Below the pieces are notes generated by a model. It was not told where the DNA came from. It worked only from the letters and a program-made list of their open reading frames with translations, and made no database searches. The translations under genes and the position numbers were made by a program. From NCBI GenBank assembly GCA_963799845.1, contig CAWCYI010000001.1, positions 96,001 through 160,000 of the forward strand: 64,000 nt of DNA, given 5' to 3'. Shown in pieces: positions 1-10,362 of the stretch (position 1 is its first letter; each line of letters begins with the position of its first letter). Source of the DNA: an uncultured Nitrososphaerota archaeon (lineage in GTDB: Archaea; Thermoproteota; Nitrososphaeria; Nitrososphaerales; CADDZS01).

Positions 1-95
1 GAATAACAAGAAAGTACGAGATTCTTCTCTGGAAAAGGGTGAGAGAGGTGGGCCCGAGATATATCCAGGCCGTGGCTGACATCCAACTAAGATAA
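1..95 (+). CDS. C-terminal end of a probable Trm5/TYW2-like SAM-dependent tRNA methyltransferase (partial)
   Basis: Frame starting at nt 3 reads ITRKYEILLWKRVREVGPRYIQAVADIQLR* (TAA 93-95). RxVxxVGP...QxxxD resembles the Met-10+/Trm5 C-terminus. Confidence 0.45.
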   Translation, partial: ITRKYEILLWKRVREVGPRYIQAVADIQLR

Positions 96-1805
96 TCAAA
101 GTTTCACAATTTGTCGCTCGTAGATATCGTTCACTTTTTCGAGTGTGTCGATGTCGTTCAGGGACTTGTCAGTTCTGATTAACTTGATTCGAGGGAAGCG
201 AAGGGCAAACCCACTATCATGGAGCGTGCTCTTTTGTATCGCGTCAAAGGCGACTTCCAAGATTACTTGCGGCTTTACCAATCTTCTGTAACCAAAATCC
301 TGAACGGTTATTTGTTTCAAGAGTTCCGTCATGTCGAGAATCTCGGTGTCGGTGAGGCCCGAATATGCCTTCCCGATGACTTTCAGTTCGTCTCCGTCTC
401 GTACCGCAAAGGTATAGTCGGAGATAACACCGGCCCTCTTGCCGTGGCCGTATTCTGCCGCGACAATCACTACGTCAAGAGTGCCCAATTCCGACTTTAG
501 CTTAATCCAGCTCTTTCCTCTCTTGCCAGGCTTGTAAGGCGAAGCCAGATTTTTTACTACCAATCCTTCGAACCCGAGCGATTTGCTCTCTTCAAACATG
601 GACTGGATTTCACTAGAGGTTGAGACGAGTCTTTGTTCTGATAGACCGATAACTCCACCAACATTAATCGAGCGCAGCACTTCCGCCCTCATAGACAGCG
701 GTTCGTTGATCAGCGGTTTATCGTTGAACAAAATGTCGAAAGCAAAATACTTGATTGGCGCGTCAGTGGTAGAAGGGACTAGTTTTCTCAATCTCCGCTG
801 AAGAGATTGGAATGAAAGCGGCTTCCCCCCTTCGAATGGAACAATTTCGCCGTCGAGAATCAACGAACCCGAAAGTTTTTCAGTTGCGGCCCGGGTTATT
901 TCAGGAAAAAATCGGGTAATCTCCTCCAAATTCCTTGAGAAAATCCTTGTATTGCCCTCAGAAAAGTGGATCTGTGCTCTAATCCCGTCGTACTTGAACT
1001 CCGAAAACGCACTTGTCTCGCCGATCTTTTTGAATAGCTCTTCGGAATTTTCCGCTGACTCTGCGAGCATGAAATTCGTGGGGTGAAATAGGGAGAGCTT
1101 GGCGTCGCTTAGGCGATCCAGTTTCGCCAGTATAGCAACCTGTCCAATGTCTCCAGTAACCAGGTTCGCACTCCTGACTTGATCGAGAGTCTTCGAGAAG
1201 GCCTCCGCTATGGATTCCTCGACGAGGCCTTCAACCATCCCAATTCTCATTTCGCCACCTAGTATTCGGACGATGAATTTGGCTTCTATCGGATCTTTGA
1301 TCTGGGCGAATATCCTTCCCAGTATTCTCTGCCGTCTCTGCGTCGATCCTTTCCCGGAGGCTTTGGACAGTTCAACGAGAGCTGAGTAGAAATCGTGGAG
1401 AGTTAGGTCGGAGCTTGAGAAAAGCGAGCCGGATTGTTCGGGAATTTTTTCCCAGTTTGAACGAAGCCAGTCTTCGATCGCAGAACCGAGATCACCATAC
1501 TTGAAATAATAATCGGATAGTTCCGTTTCCTCCATTCTGTGAAATGATGCCAGCGTCTTCCAGATCAAAGCATATCCAACGTTGATCTCCTGAGAACCGA
1601 TGCCAGGTGAGAAGACCTTGCCTGAGAGAAACGTGCTGGCTATTTTGAGATCTTCGTCGGAAAGCTTTGAAAAATAATTTGCCACAATATCGATCTTTGA
1701 CAGCTTACTGCTTGTCGACTCTACCAGTCTGCAGGTCTCGGCAAATTGCAGAAAACCGGAGGAAGACCCGCCCTCCGGCATTTGCGACATACTCGAATGG
1801 TGCAA
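96..1805 (-). CDS. lig: ATP-dependent DNA ligase
   Basis: Motif I EFKYDGIRAQIH, ILDGEIV, YFAFDIL, FEGLVVK, WIKLK and C-terminal ALRFPRI..IRTDK. Confidence 0.97.
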   Translation of the reverse strand: MHHSSMSQMPEGGSSSGFLQFAETCRLVESTSSKLSKIDIVANYFSKLSDEDLKIASTFLSGKVFSPGIGSQEINVGYALIWKTLASFHRMEETELSDYYFKYGDLGSAIEDWLRSNWEKIPEQSGSLFSSSDLTLHDFYSALVELSKASGKGSTQRRQRILGRIFAQIKDPIEAKFIVRILGGEMRIGMVEGLVEESIAEAFSKTLDQVRSANLVTGDIGQVAILAKLDRLSDAKLSLFHPTNFMLAESAENSEELFKKIGETSAFSEFKYDGIRAQIHFSEGNTRIFSRNLEEITRFFPEITRAATEKLSGSLILDGEIVPFEGGKPLSFQSLQRRLRKLVPSTTDAPIKYFAFDILFNDKPLINEPLSMRAEVLRSINVGGVIGLSEQRLVSTSSEIQSMFEESKSLGFEGLVVKNLASPYKPGKRGKSWIKLKSELGTLDVVIVAAEYGHGKRAGVISDYTFAVRDGDELKVIGKAYSGLTDTEILDMTELLKQITVQDFGYRRLVKPQVILEVAFDAIQKSTLHDSGFALRFPRIKLIRTDKSLNDIDTLEKVNDIYERQIVKL

Positions 1806-1817
1806 AACCCTGTCGTT

Positions 1818-2342
1818 CTAAAGGGCCTTGCTCATCAGGAAAGCATCTTCGCCGTCCCGGTAGTAGCCGTGATGTGTTGTAATTGTGGTGAAGCCGAGAT
1901 TTTTGTAAAGCGCCACGGCCGAATCGTTTGAAACTCGCACCTCGAGATATGTCTCGGAACATCCGCGGTCTTTCATTCCCTGAAGCGACTCTTCCATCAG
2001 GCCTTTGCCCACGCCCTTTCCTCTGTGAGCCTCAAGCACCGCAACTGAGACGACGTGACCCTTTCGAGCGAGACCGTATCGCTTGAGGTGAGAGAATCCG
2101 TATTCAATTCGACACATAATGTAGCCTATTATCGAGCCCCTTTCATCCTCTGCGACGAGGAAAGTCTCGGGAGATTCGCGCAGCCGTTCTTCAAAAAAAG
2201 AGTCAGAGTAATGCTCTGGCAGTGCAGCCCAGTTTATCGAGATGACCGAGGGCAGGTCCTCCAAAAGGCATTTGCGGATTCCGTATTTTCCTACCCTTCT
2301 GAGGAATATGTTTTGCACCGCGTCAGCCCTCGTTTTGCTCAA
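1818..2342 (-). CDS. ard1: Archaeal N-alpha-acetyltransferase (Ard1/RimI GNAT)
   Basis: LPEHY, GYIMCRIEYG, GHVVSVAV, HRGKGVG, YLEVRVSN and YYRDGEDA motifs. Confidence 0.92.
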   Translation of the reverse strand: MSKTRADAVQNIFLRRVGKYGIRKCLLEDLPSVISINWAALPEHYSDSFFEERLRESPETFLVAEDERGSIIGYIMCRIEYGFSHLKRYGLARKGHVVSVAVLEAHRGKGVGKGLMEESLQGMKDRGCSETYLEVRVSNDSAVALYKNLGFTTITTHHGYYRDGEDAFLMSKAL

Positions 2343-2470
2343 ACAACGTTATTCTCTAATCGCAGTTAAAAACAATTGGCTGAACGAATTTCAGGCCATG
2401 TTAATATCCCAGTTTTTTAACAAGGATTCGTTACCCGTTCAGTCTCGTTTACGATAGAGGAGAATTTGAA

Positions 2471-3609
2471 TTGACATCCATCAGTCCGCAGGGCAGTACC
2501 CCTGATAGTTCAGAGCAGGAGATTGATGCAGTTCGGCGGCGATTCTCCGTCAGCTCTGAATTTCGCTGGGAGAATGGCGTCATTGAATTTAACCTGGAAC
2601 CGATCCAGACTGATATGAAGGCAGGTTTTCTTTCGCTGATTGATGAGCTTCTCGCTATGGCCGAACCGCGGTCCTGCGTCGAACTGACCAAGGTTTCCAA
2701 TTGACCGTCATCGACAAACCTCCGTTCGGGAGGCAGCGAATTCGAACTCCACTCATTTTGTTCTGTGCAACGGTGGTCGCCGTTTTTCTCGATGGATTCC
2801 TTCGATCGTATTCCTATTCAGATCCGCTTACACCAAGTTTGAGCATATCCAATGACATCCAGTTCGCGGTTCTCTACATGGTAGCGCTTCTGGGAATTCT
2901 CGGAATCCACGAGATGGGACACAAGATCTCTTCCCGGGTTCATAAGATGAATTCGTCGTGGCCCTATTTCATCCCGGGTATACCAGGCGTCTGGCCGACA
3001 TTCGGCGCGGTTATTAGGGCGGCCGACGCTCCTCCGAATCGCGATGCTCTCTTTGATCTCGGGCTATCCGGGCCTGTCGCTGGACTCGCGATCACAGTCG
3101 CGGTTTCAATATTTGCGGCGCTGTCGGCGCACATTATTCCGACCGCATCCTACGCAGCCGGGACGACGTTTACTTCTCCTGATTATTACACGTCGTTTCT
3201 CCTGGGTATTTTGAAACCGAGCTCTGCCAGTCAGGTGGTCGGCGGCCCGCTCTTTCAGCTACTCTATTTCGCCTACTCGCTGGGCTTTTTCGTTACTTTC
3301 ATCAATCTGCTACCAGCATGGCAGCTGGATGGAGGACACGTTGCAAACTCGGCCGTCAGCCCGAAGGTGCACCGAATACTCACTTATGCAAGCATAATCC
3401 TCATGTTCGCCGCGGGACTATTTTTGTTGGCGATTCTGGTGTTGCTTATGTCTGGAAGAGCCCCTTCTTTGAGGCCTCTGGACGACGTCTCGCCGCTTTC
3501 GCCGCGCAGAAAAATACTGTTTGTCCTAACGTGGATTTTGGCGGCTTCAATTGGAGCTTTCGTGATCTACAACAACCCGATTTTCAGCCCGTTTCTTTTC
3601 AAGCTCTGA
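2471..3609 (+). CDS. Site-2 membrane metalloprotease (peptidase M50), split by a probable frameshift near 2670-2700
   Basis: HEMGH zinc motif, GLSGPVAG, NLLPAWQLDGGH. ORF 2471-2704 looks like the N-terminal part in another frame. Confidence 0.88.
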
Positions 3610-4726
3610 ACGACGTGCTGGAAGCATCCGGAATCACAAGAATCTTTGCTCTGGACCCGGGCTGGACCAGAGATGTAGGAGCTGCTCTTGCGCCTCCAAT
3701 GGTTTTCAGATCAAACTTTGCTGCATAAAATTGGGGCAGCGTCGTAAGGATGTTTATCTGAAATTCCCTTTGCAGTTTCTGGAAGGAAAGAAGAACTTCC
3801 AGCCCGTCAACATATTCAACTCCACCAATCTTGGACCGGGGCTCCAGCCTCCCCGTCACGAATCTGAGAAAAGCCTCAGAACCGAGACCGTGCCCGCACT
3901 CCGCCAGCATGCAGATCTTTGAATCTGAATCGGGCAGTACTGCGTTGAGAAGGACCGGGAACAGGGCCCTCGAGAAGGCATCGGAGAGGTTTCTGTCGTT
4001 ATCGCCGCCGCCACAACCAAATATTACTCGCTCTGATTTTTGCATCGGAACAGAGAGATTCTTCGTCCAGATGTCTACCGTCTTGCGGTGTGTCGATTCG
4101 ATCTCTCCATAGCTTAGTCCGACTATTCCCACTCCAGCTTTTTCAACGAGCTCAACTGCCCTAATTTGCGACGAGGACTGGAACATGTTAATCGAGTAAT
4201 CCGACGCCGGTGCCTTTTCAGGAGTGAACGGCAATTCATGTGAAAATTCGTTGAACAAGTGCTTTTTCACCTCGGGAACCAGGTTAACGATCTCCGAAGC
4301 CGCACTTGAGAGTCCAAAGAAAGGGTCGTAATGAGCGGAGGAAAGAATCAAGAGCTTTCCAGAGAGCGAGGGCAAATATGCAGAAATTCCTTCAAGCGAT
4401 TCGCTTCGGACCGTTCCGTCAACTGTTAGTTGTTCTGAATCGATAGAAAATTCCTGCGCCTTTCTTCGCGCCAGCGCTCCGAGCGACTTTGGATAGACGA
4501 TTTTCTTAAGATTCTTGTTCCGCGTCAGAAGAACGTCCAGGAATTTCTGCGCGCCCGAAGTTCCCGAAAGTAGAGCCAGGCGCTCCTCGGAGATGCGATC
4601 TGAAGTAATTTCCAATTCATCTTGCGGTATCTTCTGGGCTTGGGGTTCGAGGATCTGTGACAGATTTTCCTGTTTGATGTCGAAGGAAACATCGACCGGG
4701 CCATAGGGAACCCATATCTCGGTCAA
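3599..4726 (-). CDS. LarA/DUF2088-like N-terminal domain protein (lactate-racemase-like fold, function unclear)
   Basis: N-terminal EIWVPYG, GCGGGDND, and LAECGHGLGS resembling the LarA C-terminal AEC..G.G motif. Confidence 0.55.
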   Translation of the reverse strand: MTEIWVPYGPVDVSFDIKQENLSQILEPQAQKIPQDELEITSDRISEERLALLSGTSGAQKFLDVLLTRNKNLKKIVYPKSLGALARRKAQEFSIDSEQLTVDGTVRSESLEGISAYLPSLSGKLLILSSAHYDPFFGLSSAASEIVNLVPEVKKHLFNEFSHELPFTPEKAPASDYSINMFQSSSQIRAVELVEKAGVGIVGLSYGEIESTHRKTVDIWTKNLSVPMQKSERVIFGCGGGDNDRNLSDAFSRALFPVLLNAVLPDSDSKICMLAECGHGLGSEAFLRFVTGRLEPRSKIGGVEYVDGLEVLLSFQKLQREFQINILTTLPQFYAAKFDLKTIGGARAAPTSLVQPGSRAKILVIPDASSTSFRA

Positions 4727-4902
4727 TCTGTCTCTTCCCTGCGAAAATCCTTGATTTCGCAGCTATTCAAGGTAACGATGAAATTGGGTCTCTTACTCAT
4801 TTGTGCACCACAACACTTTCGCCTCAAAGACGAATTCCGCTGAGCCGAATTTCCAGCTGGGAATCAAGGTTAAAATGGGTCTAGAGCGAGTCTTTCGCCA
4901 GT

Positions 4903-5481
4903 TTGCAAAAATCAATCAAAGACAGAGAGGAACTTGTCTCGGAACTAGGCAGGGCGTTCCTGAAAACCGCTGCTCTTCGAATCGGAGATTTCAAGACGTC
5001 CAGCGGGGCAAAAACACCGTACTATATCGACCTCAGACGGGTCGCGAGTTTCCCGAATCTTTTCTCCATGGTGATTGAGTGTCTTGAATCGGAGCTGAAT
5101 AAAATCACCAAGAAAAGCGTTCCCGACGCGATAGACGGTATTCCGATTACTGGACTTCTCTTTGGTTCGGTAATTGCGCGCGAACATTCATTACCGCTCG
5201 TTTACTCCCCGACCGATTCTGAGCACAAGATCATCGGGGTGGTTGCGCCCGGCGCAAATGTCCTCATAATCGATGACGTCTCAGAAACCGGCTTATCAAT
5301 CGTATCTGCGGCGAAGGCGGTCAGAGCAAACGGTGGAGTTGTTAGTAACGCTCTAACGCTGCTCGATAGATCTGAAGGAGCGACGAAAATTCTCCGAGAA
5401 AACGGAATTTCGCTCCACTGTTTTGCCACAGCCCACGAGCTCAGCCTTGAAGCTGAAGGAAAACCTCGCGCTCTCCGATGA
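4903..5481 (+). CDS. pyrE: Orotate phosphoribosyltransferase
   Basis: GDFKTSSGAKTPYYIDLR and PRPP-binding VLIIDDVSETGLS. Confidence 0.9.
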   Translation: MQKSIKDREELVSELGRAFLKTAALRIGDFKTSSGAKTPYYIDLRRVASFPNLFSMVIECLESELNKITKKSVPDAIDGIPITGLLFGSVIAREHSLPLVYSPTDSEHKIIGVVAPGANVLIIDDVSETGLSIVSAAKAVRANGGVVSNALTLLDRSEGATKILRENGISLHCFATAHELSLEAEGKPRALR

Positions 5482-5524
5482 AGAAGCAGAAATGGTGGAA
5501 AACCACGTAATATGATTGTCAGGC

Positions 5525-6069
5525 CTAAATCATCAGGTTTTTTGCTCAAGCAAAACGTGGAGGTTGTTCACGGCTCGATAGACCTCGGTCTCCTTCTTCG
5601 CGCACGTGCAGACGAGCTTGCCCGACGCGAACAGCAGAATTACTGTTTTCGGGTCGGCCATCCGGTGAATGAGACCCGGAAATTGCTCAGGCTCGTACAT
5701 TGATTTTGGAAGCTGGCGTGCTGCTTCTTCGAGATGAACCTTGCCGCCCAGAGACGCAGAGGCTACGATATTCTGTATTTCAATTATGGGATCGTTCCTG
5801 ATATCGATGCTCCCCTTTCTCAATTTCTGAACGACGGTCTTGACCGCCTGTTCCTCAAATTTCGCTCCAGTGAAAACTATCTTTCCGGAGCTGAAAATTA
5901 GCGTGGCCGTCTTCGGAACCTTCAACCTGAAGACGAGCCCCGGAAACTGATCGGGATGATATTCAACGTCGGAAAAAGATCTGGTAATTTGATTCAGATC
6001 TACGGTCTGGTTAATGCTCGCCGAGGCCACGACGTTCTCGATGCTAATCAGAGCTTTCGTTTGCGGCAA
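5525..6069 (-). CDS. tbp: TATA-box binding protein (divergent or degenerating copy)
   Basis: Two TBP repeats (NVVAS..YHPDQFPGLVFR..LIFSSGK; NIVAS..YEPEQFPGLIHR..LLFASGK). One extra A in the A-run near 5540 would give the ending EQKNLMI* (stop 5525-5527). Confidence 0.95.
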
Positions 6070-6303
6070 CTGAGAGTAATTATTTCTTTTAGGGGCGGTA
6101 TCTAATTGAATACGCGAAGCTGCTAGAGCTTGGACCTTACTGGAACAACTTCCACTCGTCGCAACCCGATCACTTTGGAACTGTAGCTGTTAAGAAAGTT
6201 GACGACTCGGTCAAATGCCTTCTCCACATTTCTTAGGTATTTTCAGTGTAACTCTGATTCCTCATTGTCGTCGCATAAAATATCGGATCTGACGACTAAA
6301 AAA

Positions 6304-6768
6304 CTAACGAGATGAAAACAGCGTCTTTTGGATCTCGTTTCCTTCGAAAATTGAAATTTCTCTGGGGGTCTCCTCCCAATTCAGAATGAAATCTGAAAGC
6401 TGGTTGATGGGGACTACTGGAACTCCATTTTCGAGAACGAACAACGATTCATCCCTCAGGGTAAGTATCATGGGCATCACTTTTCTTAGGGAGCCGTCAT
6501 TCGCGATTCTTCTCGCACGGTCGGCCTGGCGCTCGCCAATTCTAGTCATTGAGGCAGACCCCACGGTCCTCTTCCAGTGCTTACAGTCGGCAACGAATGA
6601 AAATCCGGCTCTGGATGCCACCAGGTCTATTTCCATCGTGGGTTTTCTAAGGCGCAGGTTCCTGACAGTCGCAAAACCAAATGAAGCAAAAACCTTCTCC
6701 GCAAAGGCTTCGAACTCTTTCCAGTCTAGTCCGAGGCTTAACGACTCGAGGTCTGATCCCTTTGCCAA
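6304..6768 (-). CDS. Mrr-like PD-(D/E)xK restriction-endonuclease-fold protein
   Basis: WKEFEAF..F...GF, EIDLVA, VADCKHW. Confidence 0.75.
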   Translation of the reverse strand: MAKGSDLESLSLGLDWKEFEAFAEKVFASFGFATVRNLRLRKPTMEIDLVASRAGFSFVADCKHWKRTVGSASMTRIGERQADRARRIANDGSLRKVMPMILTLRDESLFVLENGVPVVPINQLSDFILNWEETPREISIFEGNEIQKTLFSSR

Positions 6769-6816
6769 GCTCGCACAGGGATAGTTTCAGGGCAAAAAAA
6801 TCTATTGTTAGAGGAT

Positions 6817-7095
6817 CTATAGCACGGAGAACCTGACGCGGTAACGATAGATCTCCCGCAGCAGCCGGTCGCCCTCGGCAGTCAAATGATATTCCCGGGG
6901 CTTCGTATTTTTCGGATTGGAACAGGAAACCAGGTCTTTGCTTTCCAATTCCCTTAGCGCTCTACTTATGTGGGATAGATGTTTCTCCACCAGTTTCGCA
7001 AGCTGGGTCGGCGTCTCGGCGTCCTTCGAAAGGAAGGATAAAATCCTAAACCGGGTCTCACTAGAAAGCACAAAATCAAGACTGTCGAAGGGCAT
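6817..7095 (-). CDS. ArsR/MarR-like winged-HTH regulator
   Basis: RFRILSFL..TPTQLA....LSHISRALRELESKDLV...YHLTAEG. Confidence 0.85.
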   Translation of the reverse strand: MPFDSLDFVLSSETRFRILSFLSKDAETPTQLAKLVEKHLSHISRALRELESKDLVSCSNPKNTKPREYHLTAEGDRLLREIYRYRVRFSVL

Positions 7096-7685
7096 AATTA
7101 TTTGATTTTGACATACCCCACGATTTTAATCTTCTGTATTATTTTCAAATACCACTGGCCAATTGAACTGTTCTTCTCTCTAGAACAACTAGATATTTCG
7201 ATTTCTTCTGCATAGTTGCATGATTTTTCAATATATTCATACATCCCAAGGTATAGCGCGAATCTTGGGAAAACTTTTCTTTCGAAGCTTACCATTTGCA
7301 GTTAGACCCTCACAATCAAAATTTCGTAAAGTTGTCAGAGTTACGTGGTTTCGTTATGGCACTCCTGTCAATCACAATACTCGCAGCAATTGCGTTCCGT
7401 CGGGGCTCTAGTACTTCCATATTGGCCGACTCCTTTCATCTTTTGCCTTGACACACAGTGCGCCAATAGGCTTCAAGGAACTGATCTGTTGAATAATTGT
7501 CGGAAAAGAGAGAACTGATCTGTTCCTCCAAAGAACATTAGTCACCAAGCGAGCTATGTCCGTCTCAATTTCCTTAATCTTTAGATTCGGACTTATCCGA
7601 GCGTTCGTAGCAAAAAGACGTCTCGAAGCACCCACTTTCGTGAATAAATACTACAGATTCGAAACGATATCGCCCGAAACCAGCA

Positions 7686-9107
7686 CTAGACGGGAATATG
7701 TTGCTCACTTGTGATTCTCGATGATTCCTCGAAATTGATCAACTGGGGAATGAATGTAATCAGCAATATCGCCATCCACGGTGTTACTTCTCTTGGAAGC
7801 AGAATGAGAGCAGCGCTGAAGATTTCAAAAACTATAGCTCGGCTCTTGCTTGCGAAAAGCGGTACCGCCAGAGGTGTGATGCCGGCAAAATAATATTTGT
7901 AGACTCCTCTTCCAAACAGACTAAGAAACAGGAGAAGCGCAGTCAGGCTGTAAATGAGCAATTCCGTTGCTGTGGGCCGACGCTCCAAGACTGAGTAGAT
8001 CCTAGTTTTTCTGACCGGTTGTAAGCCGTGGTCCAACTTTCGAATAATTTTCAGGACAGAGATTCTGATCGTTTCAGAAATCTCGAAAGCGGCGTAAGAT
8101 ATCGCGGTCTTCAGATTTCGAATGCCGACCCCGAACTGCAAGAGCAAAATTGCATACGCGATGCCGAAAACATAGTTCAAGAGCAGATAAGATTCGACTG
8201 CTAGAGACTTTAGATCGACGAACCTGACCAGCCCCAAAAAGGTCGTCAATCTCGTCGGCTGCGAAAGATCGTACGTAAATGTCGTCGGGGTACTGCTGCT
8301 CCCTCCGGGTGGTATCCCAAAGATTGGCAGTTGAAGGGCCCAGAAGTAAAGCTGGGGGTTTTGAAAAATGTACGGTGTGGATATGAGAACTAGAATTGCT
8401 ACGAAGAGAACAATGAAGGTCAAAACCTTCTTCCTCGATTGCCTATCGGTCCTGATCATCCAGATCAGGAAAATCGGAAATATCAACACGGCCGTCTGCT
8501 TTAGAGCGGTTGCGAGCGCAAGACAGATCGAGGATAGAGCCCACTCCTGCTTCAACAAGAAGTAGAGTGCGAGTACGACGAAGAAAGTCGTGGGCGCGGG
8601 GTTTAGCCACATGAGATCATTGTAAAACAGATTGATTGGATTGAAAATCCAGAACAGGGAGATAGCAAACGCGATTCTGGAGTTTCCTCGAAACAGGAAA
8701 TCTTTCAGGATCAGGTAAAGCGGAATGACTGTCAGCGCGTCGAAGAAAACGAGCGGAATCGCTGAAGACCAGATGTAATTCAGGAGTGCAAAGCCTGAAA
8801 TCAGGTAAAGAAACAGCGGCGGATAGTTGTAGACTATCGGTAGATTGTAAGCGCTCTTCCCCGAGAGAAACGGGTTGACCAGGCACCTCAGGTAAAGGTC
8901 CCTATAGTCGGTGTAGGCTTCGACATCCCCATATGGGGCTGAGTAAATGGAAGGATTCCCCGGAGTATTGGAACCGCACACTGTGAGCTGGGTGCGTGTA
9001 GCGAGAACCCCCATTATGGCAACACTCACGAGAAATATCGAGAACTTTACGGCGAATGAGATCGCGACAGCCGAACTCAGTCCGAACAGTCTCCTTTCGG
9101 CTGCCAT
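7686..9107 (-). CDS. Polytopic GT-C-fold glycosyltransferase (GT87/PIG-M-like)
   Basis: YTDY, YNYPPLFLY, WIFNP and ALKQTAVLIFP motifs; many TM segments. Confidence 0.7.
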   Translation of the reverse strand: MAAERRLFGLSSAVAISFAVKFSIFLVSVAIMGVLATRTQLTVCGSNTPGNPSIYSAPYGDVEAYTDYRDLYLRCLVNPFLSGKSAYNLPIVYNYPPLFLYLISGFALLNYIWSSAIPLVFFDALTVIPLYLILKDFLFRGNSRIAFAISLFWIFNPINLFYNDLMWLNPAPTTFFVVLALYFLLKQEWALSSICLALATALKQTAVLIFPIFLIWMIRTDRQSRKKVLTFIVLFVAILVLISTPYIFQNPQLYFWALQLPIFGIPPGGSSSTPTTFTYDLSQPTRLTTFLGLVRFVDLKSLAVESYLLLNYVFGIAYAILLLQFGVGIRNLKTAISYAAFEISETIRISVLKIIRKLDHGLQPVRKTRIYSVLERRPTATELLIYSLTALLLFLSLFGRGVYKYYFAGITPLAVPLFASKSRAIVFEIFSAALILLPREVTPWMAILLITFIPQLINFEESSRITSEQHIPV

Positions 9108-9167
9108 TATTTTCCTAAAGAGGATTCCAAACTAGTTTTAAGGGTATGAATCTCTTTCAAGTTCGAG

Positions 9168-9314
9168 ATGTCATTTTCTTCTGACCCCGTTTTCCAGTGG
9201 GGAGTCCTTCTCGGGATCATAGCCGCGTCGTTTTTGGCGACAGCAGTTTCACTCATCTTGGCTGATGATCATTATTCGGATTCGACGCCAGCGGTCAAAA
9301 ATAGTGAGTCATGA
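9168..9314 (+). CDS. Small single-TM protein (48 aa), not in the ORF track
   Basis: MSFSSDPVFQWGVLLGIIAASFLATAVSLILADDHYSDSTPAVKNSES*. Its stop overlaps the next start (ATGA 9311-9314). Confidence 0.5.
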   Translation: MSFSSDPVFQWGVLLGIIAASFLATAVSLILADDHYSDSTPAVKNSES

Positions 9315-9850
9315 TAATCCAATTGCTGGCTCATTTGTTGAATAGCTATCTCCAGACGGGTAACGATCCGGTCGCGCTTGCTGAATGGTTCGTCGCTTCA
9401 GTTGCGATCATAATTGTTGTGACGCTCGTCTACATTTTTGTCCTTGGAAAATCGCCTCCCCCTGAGGGGTTGACCGAGGCCAAGCTCGAAATGCAAACAG
9501 AGCAAGACAGCATGGTTGATAGTTCTTCAATCCTTGCCGATGCCCATAGTGCTCTAAGTCGTGGAGATCAGCGAAAGGCGGTCGAGCTCTCAGTTAGGGC
9601 GACCAGTCTGACACTGTCGAGTCTGTTAAGATCCCGTGGAGTGGATCCGTCGAACATGAATGTCAGCGACATGGCGTACGTTTTCCAGACAAAATCACCA
9701 GGTACGGCTGACATCACCCAGCCGATATACCAGCTGAACCTGCTCCACTTGAAAGCCGCAAGGGGAGAGCCAATCACCGCACAGGAAGCTGAATGGTCAA
9801 TAAACACGGCTGCTTGGATCTCGCAAATCAATGCGAGTTTGCAGGCCTAG
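9311..9850 (+). CDS. Membrane-anchored hypothetical protein
   Basis: 179-aa ORF with one N-terminal TM helix and a helical soluble domain. Confidence 0.65.
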   Translation: MIIQLLAHLLNSYLQTGNDPVALAEWFVASVAIIIVVTLVYIFVLGKSPPPEGLTEAKLEMQTEQDSMVDSSSILADAHSALSRGDQRKAVELSVRATSLTLSSLLRSRGVDPSNMNVSDMAYVFQTKSPGTADITQPIYQLNLLHLKAARGEPITAQEAEWSINTAAWISQINASLQA

Positions 9851-10161
9851 GTAAGTTCGATGAGGAAGGCCTTCTTGTCCCTGATAGCTCTTTCAGTCTG
9901 ACGAAGCACTTCCTCAAAAGACTGCCCGAGCACTTCGTATTTCAAGTCCGCCTTTATTTTCTTGACTTTTTCCGAAATGACCACCGAGTCCTGAGCGTCA
10001 ATGATGATGACTGTATTACCCTTGAAATCCTTCGGAATCAATATGGCGCGATTGGTCTGGACGAACTTGACAAACATCCTCGCGGTCATGTAAGGGTTCA
10101 TCAATTCTCCCAGAGTGACCCTCATAGTAACTGGCAAACCTCGATCCACAACTAAATTCAA
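9847..10161 (-). CDS. Hypothetical protein downstream of cytochrome b (may be N-terminally truncated)
   Basis: 104-aa ORF with globular composition, co-oriented with the petB/Rieske genes. Confidence 0.55.
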   Translation of the reverse strand: MNLVVDRGLPVTMRVTLGELMNPYMTARMFVKFVQTNRAILIPKDFKGNTVIIIDAQDSVVISEKVKKIKADLKYEVLGQSFEEVLRQTERAIRDKKAFLIELT

Positions 10162-10362
10162 GACTTCAGCCTCCCTTGTAGTTATTCGTATCTGGTCGGG
10201 AGACTCTCGGGAACTCTGTTGTTGCTGGTCGAAAAGTACTCTTTCTGAAGAATGAAGCTAATCGATCAGCGTCGACTTTTCACAAATGAGGTCGACTTAC
10301 TGATTCGGCAATTTAGTCGCGCATAATGAAATCGGCGCATCAATCCGGGTTTTGATAACTGA

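Noticed and set aside
7098-7635. Short ORFs of 63-75 aa between the ArsR-like gene and the glycosyltransferase
   Set aside because: No motifs, and they overlap on both strands; they cannot be supported.
10162-10362. Possible upstream extension or stop readthrough of the 104-aa ORF
   Set aside because: The frames checked are interrupted by stops, and no consistent reconstruction was possible by eye.
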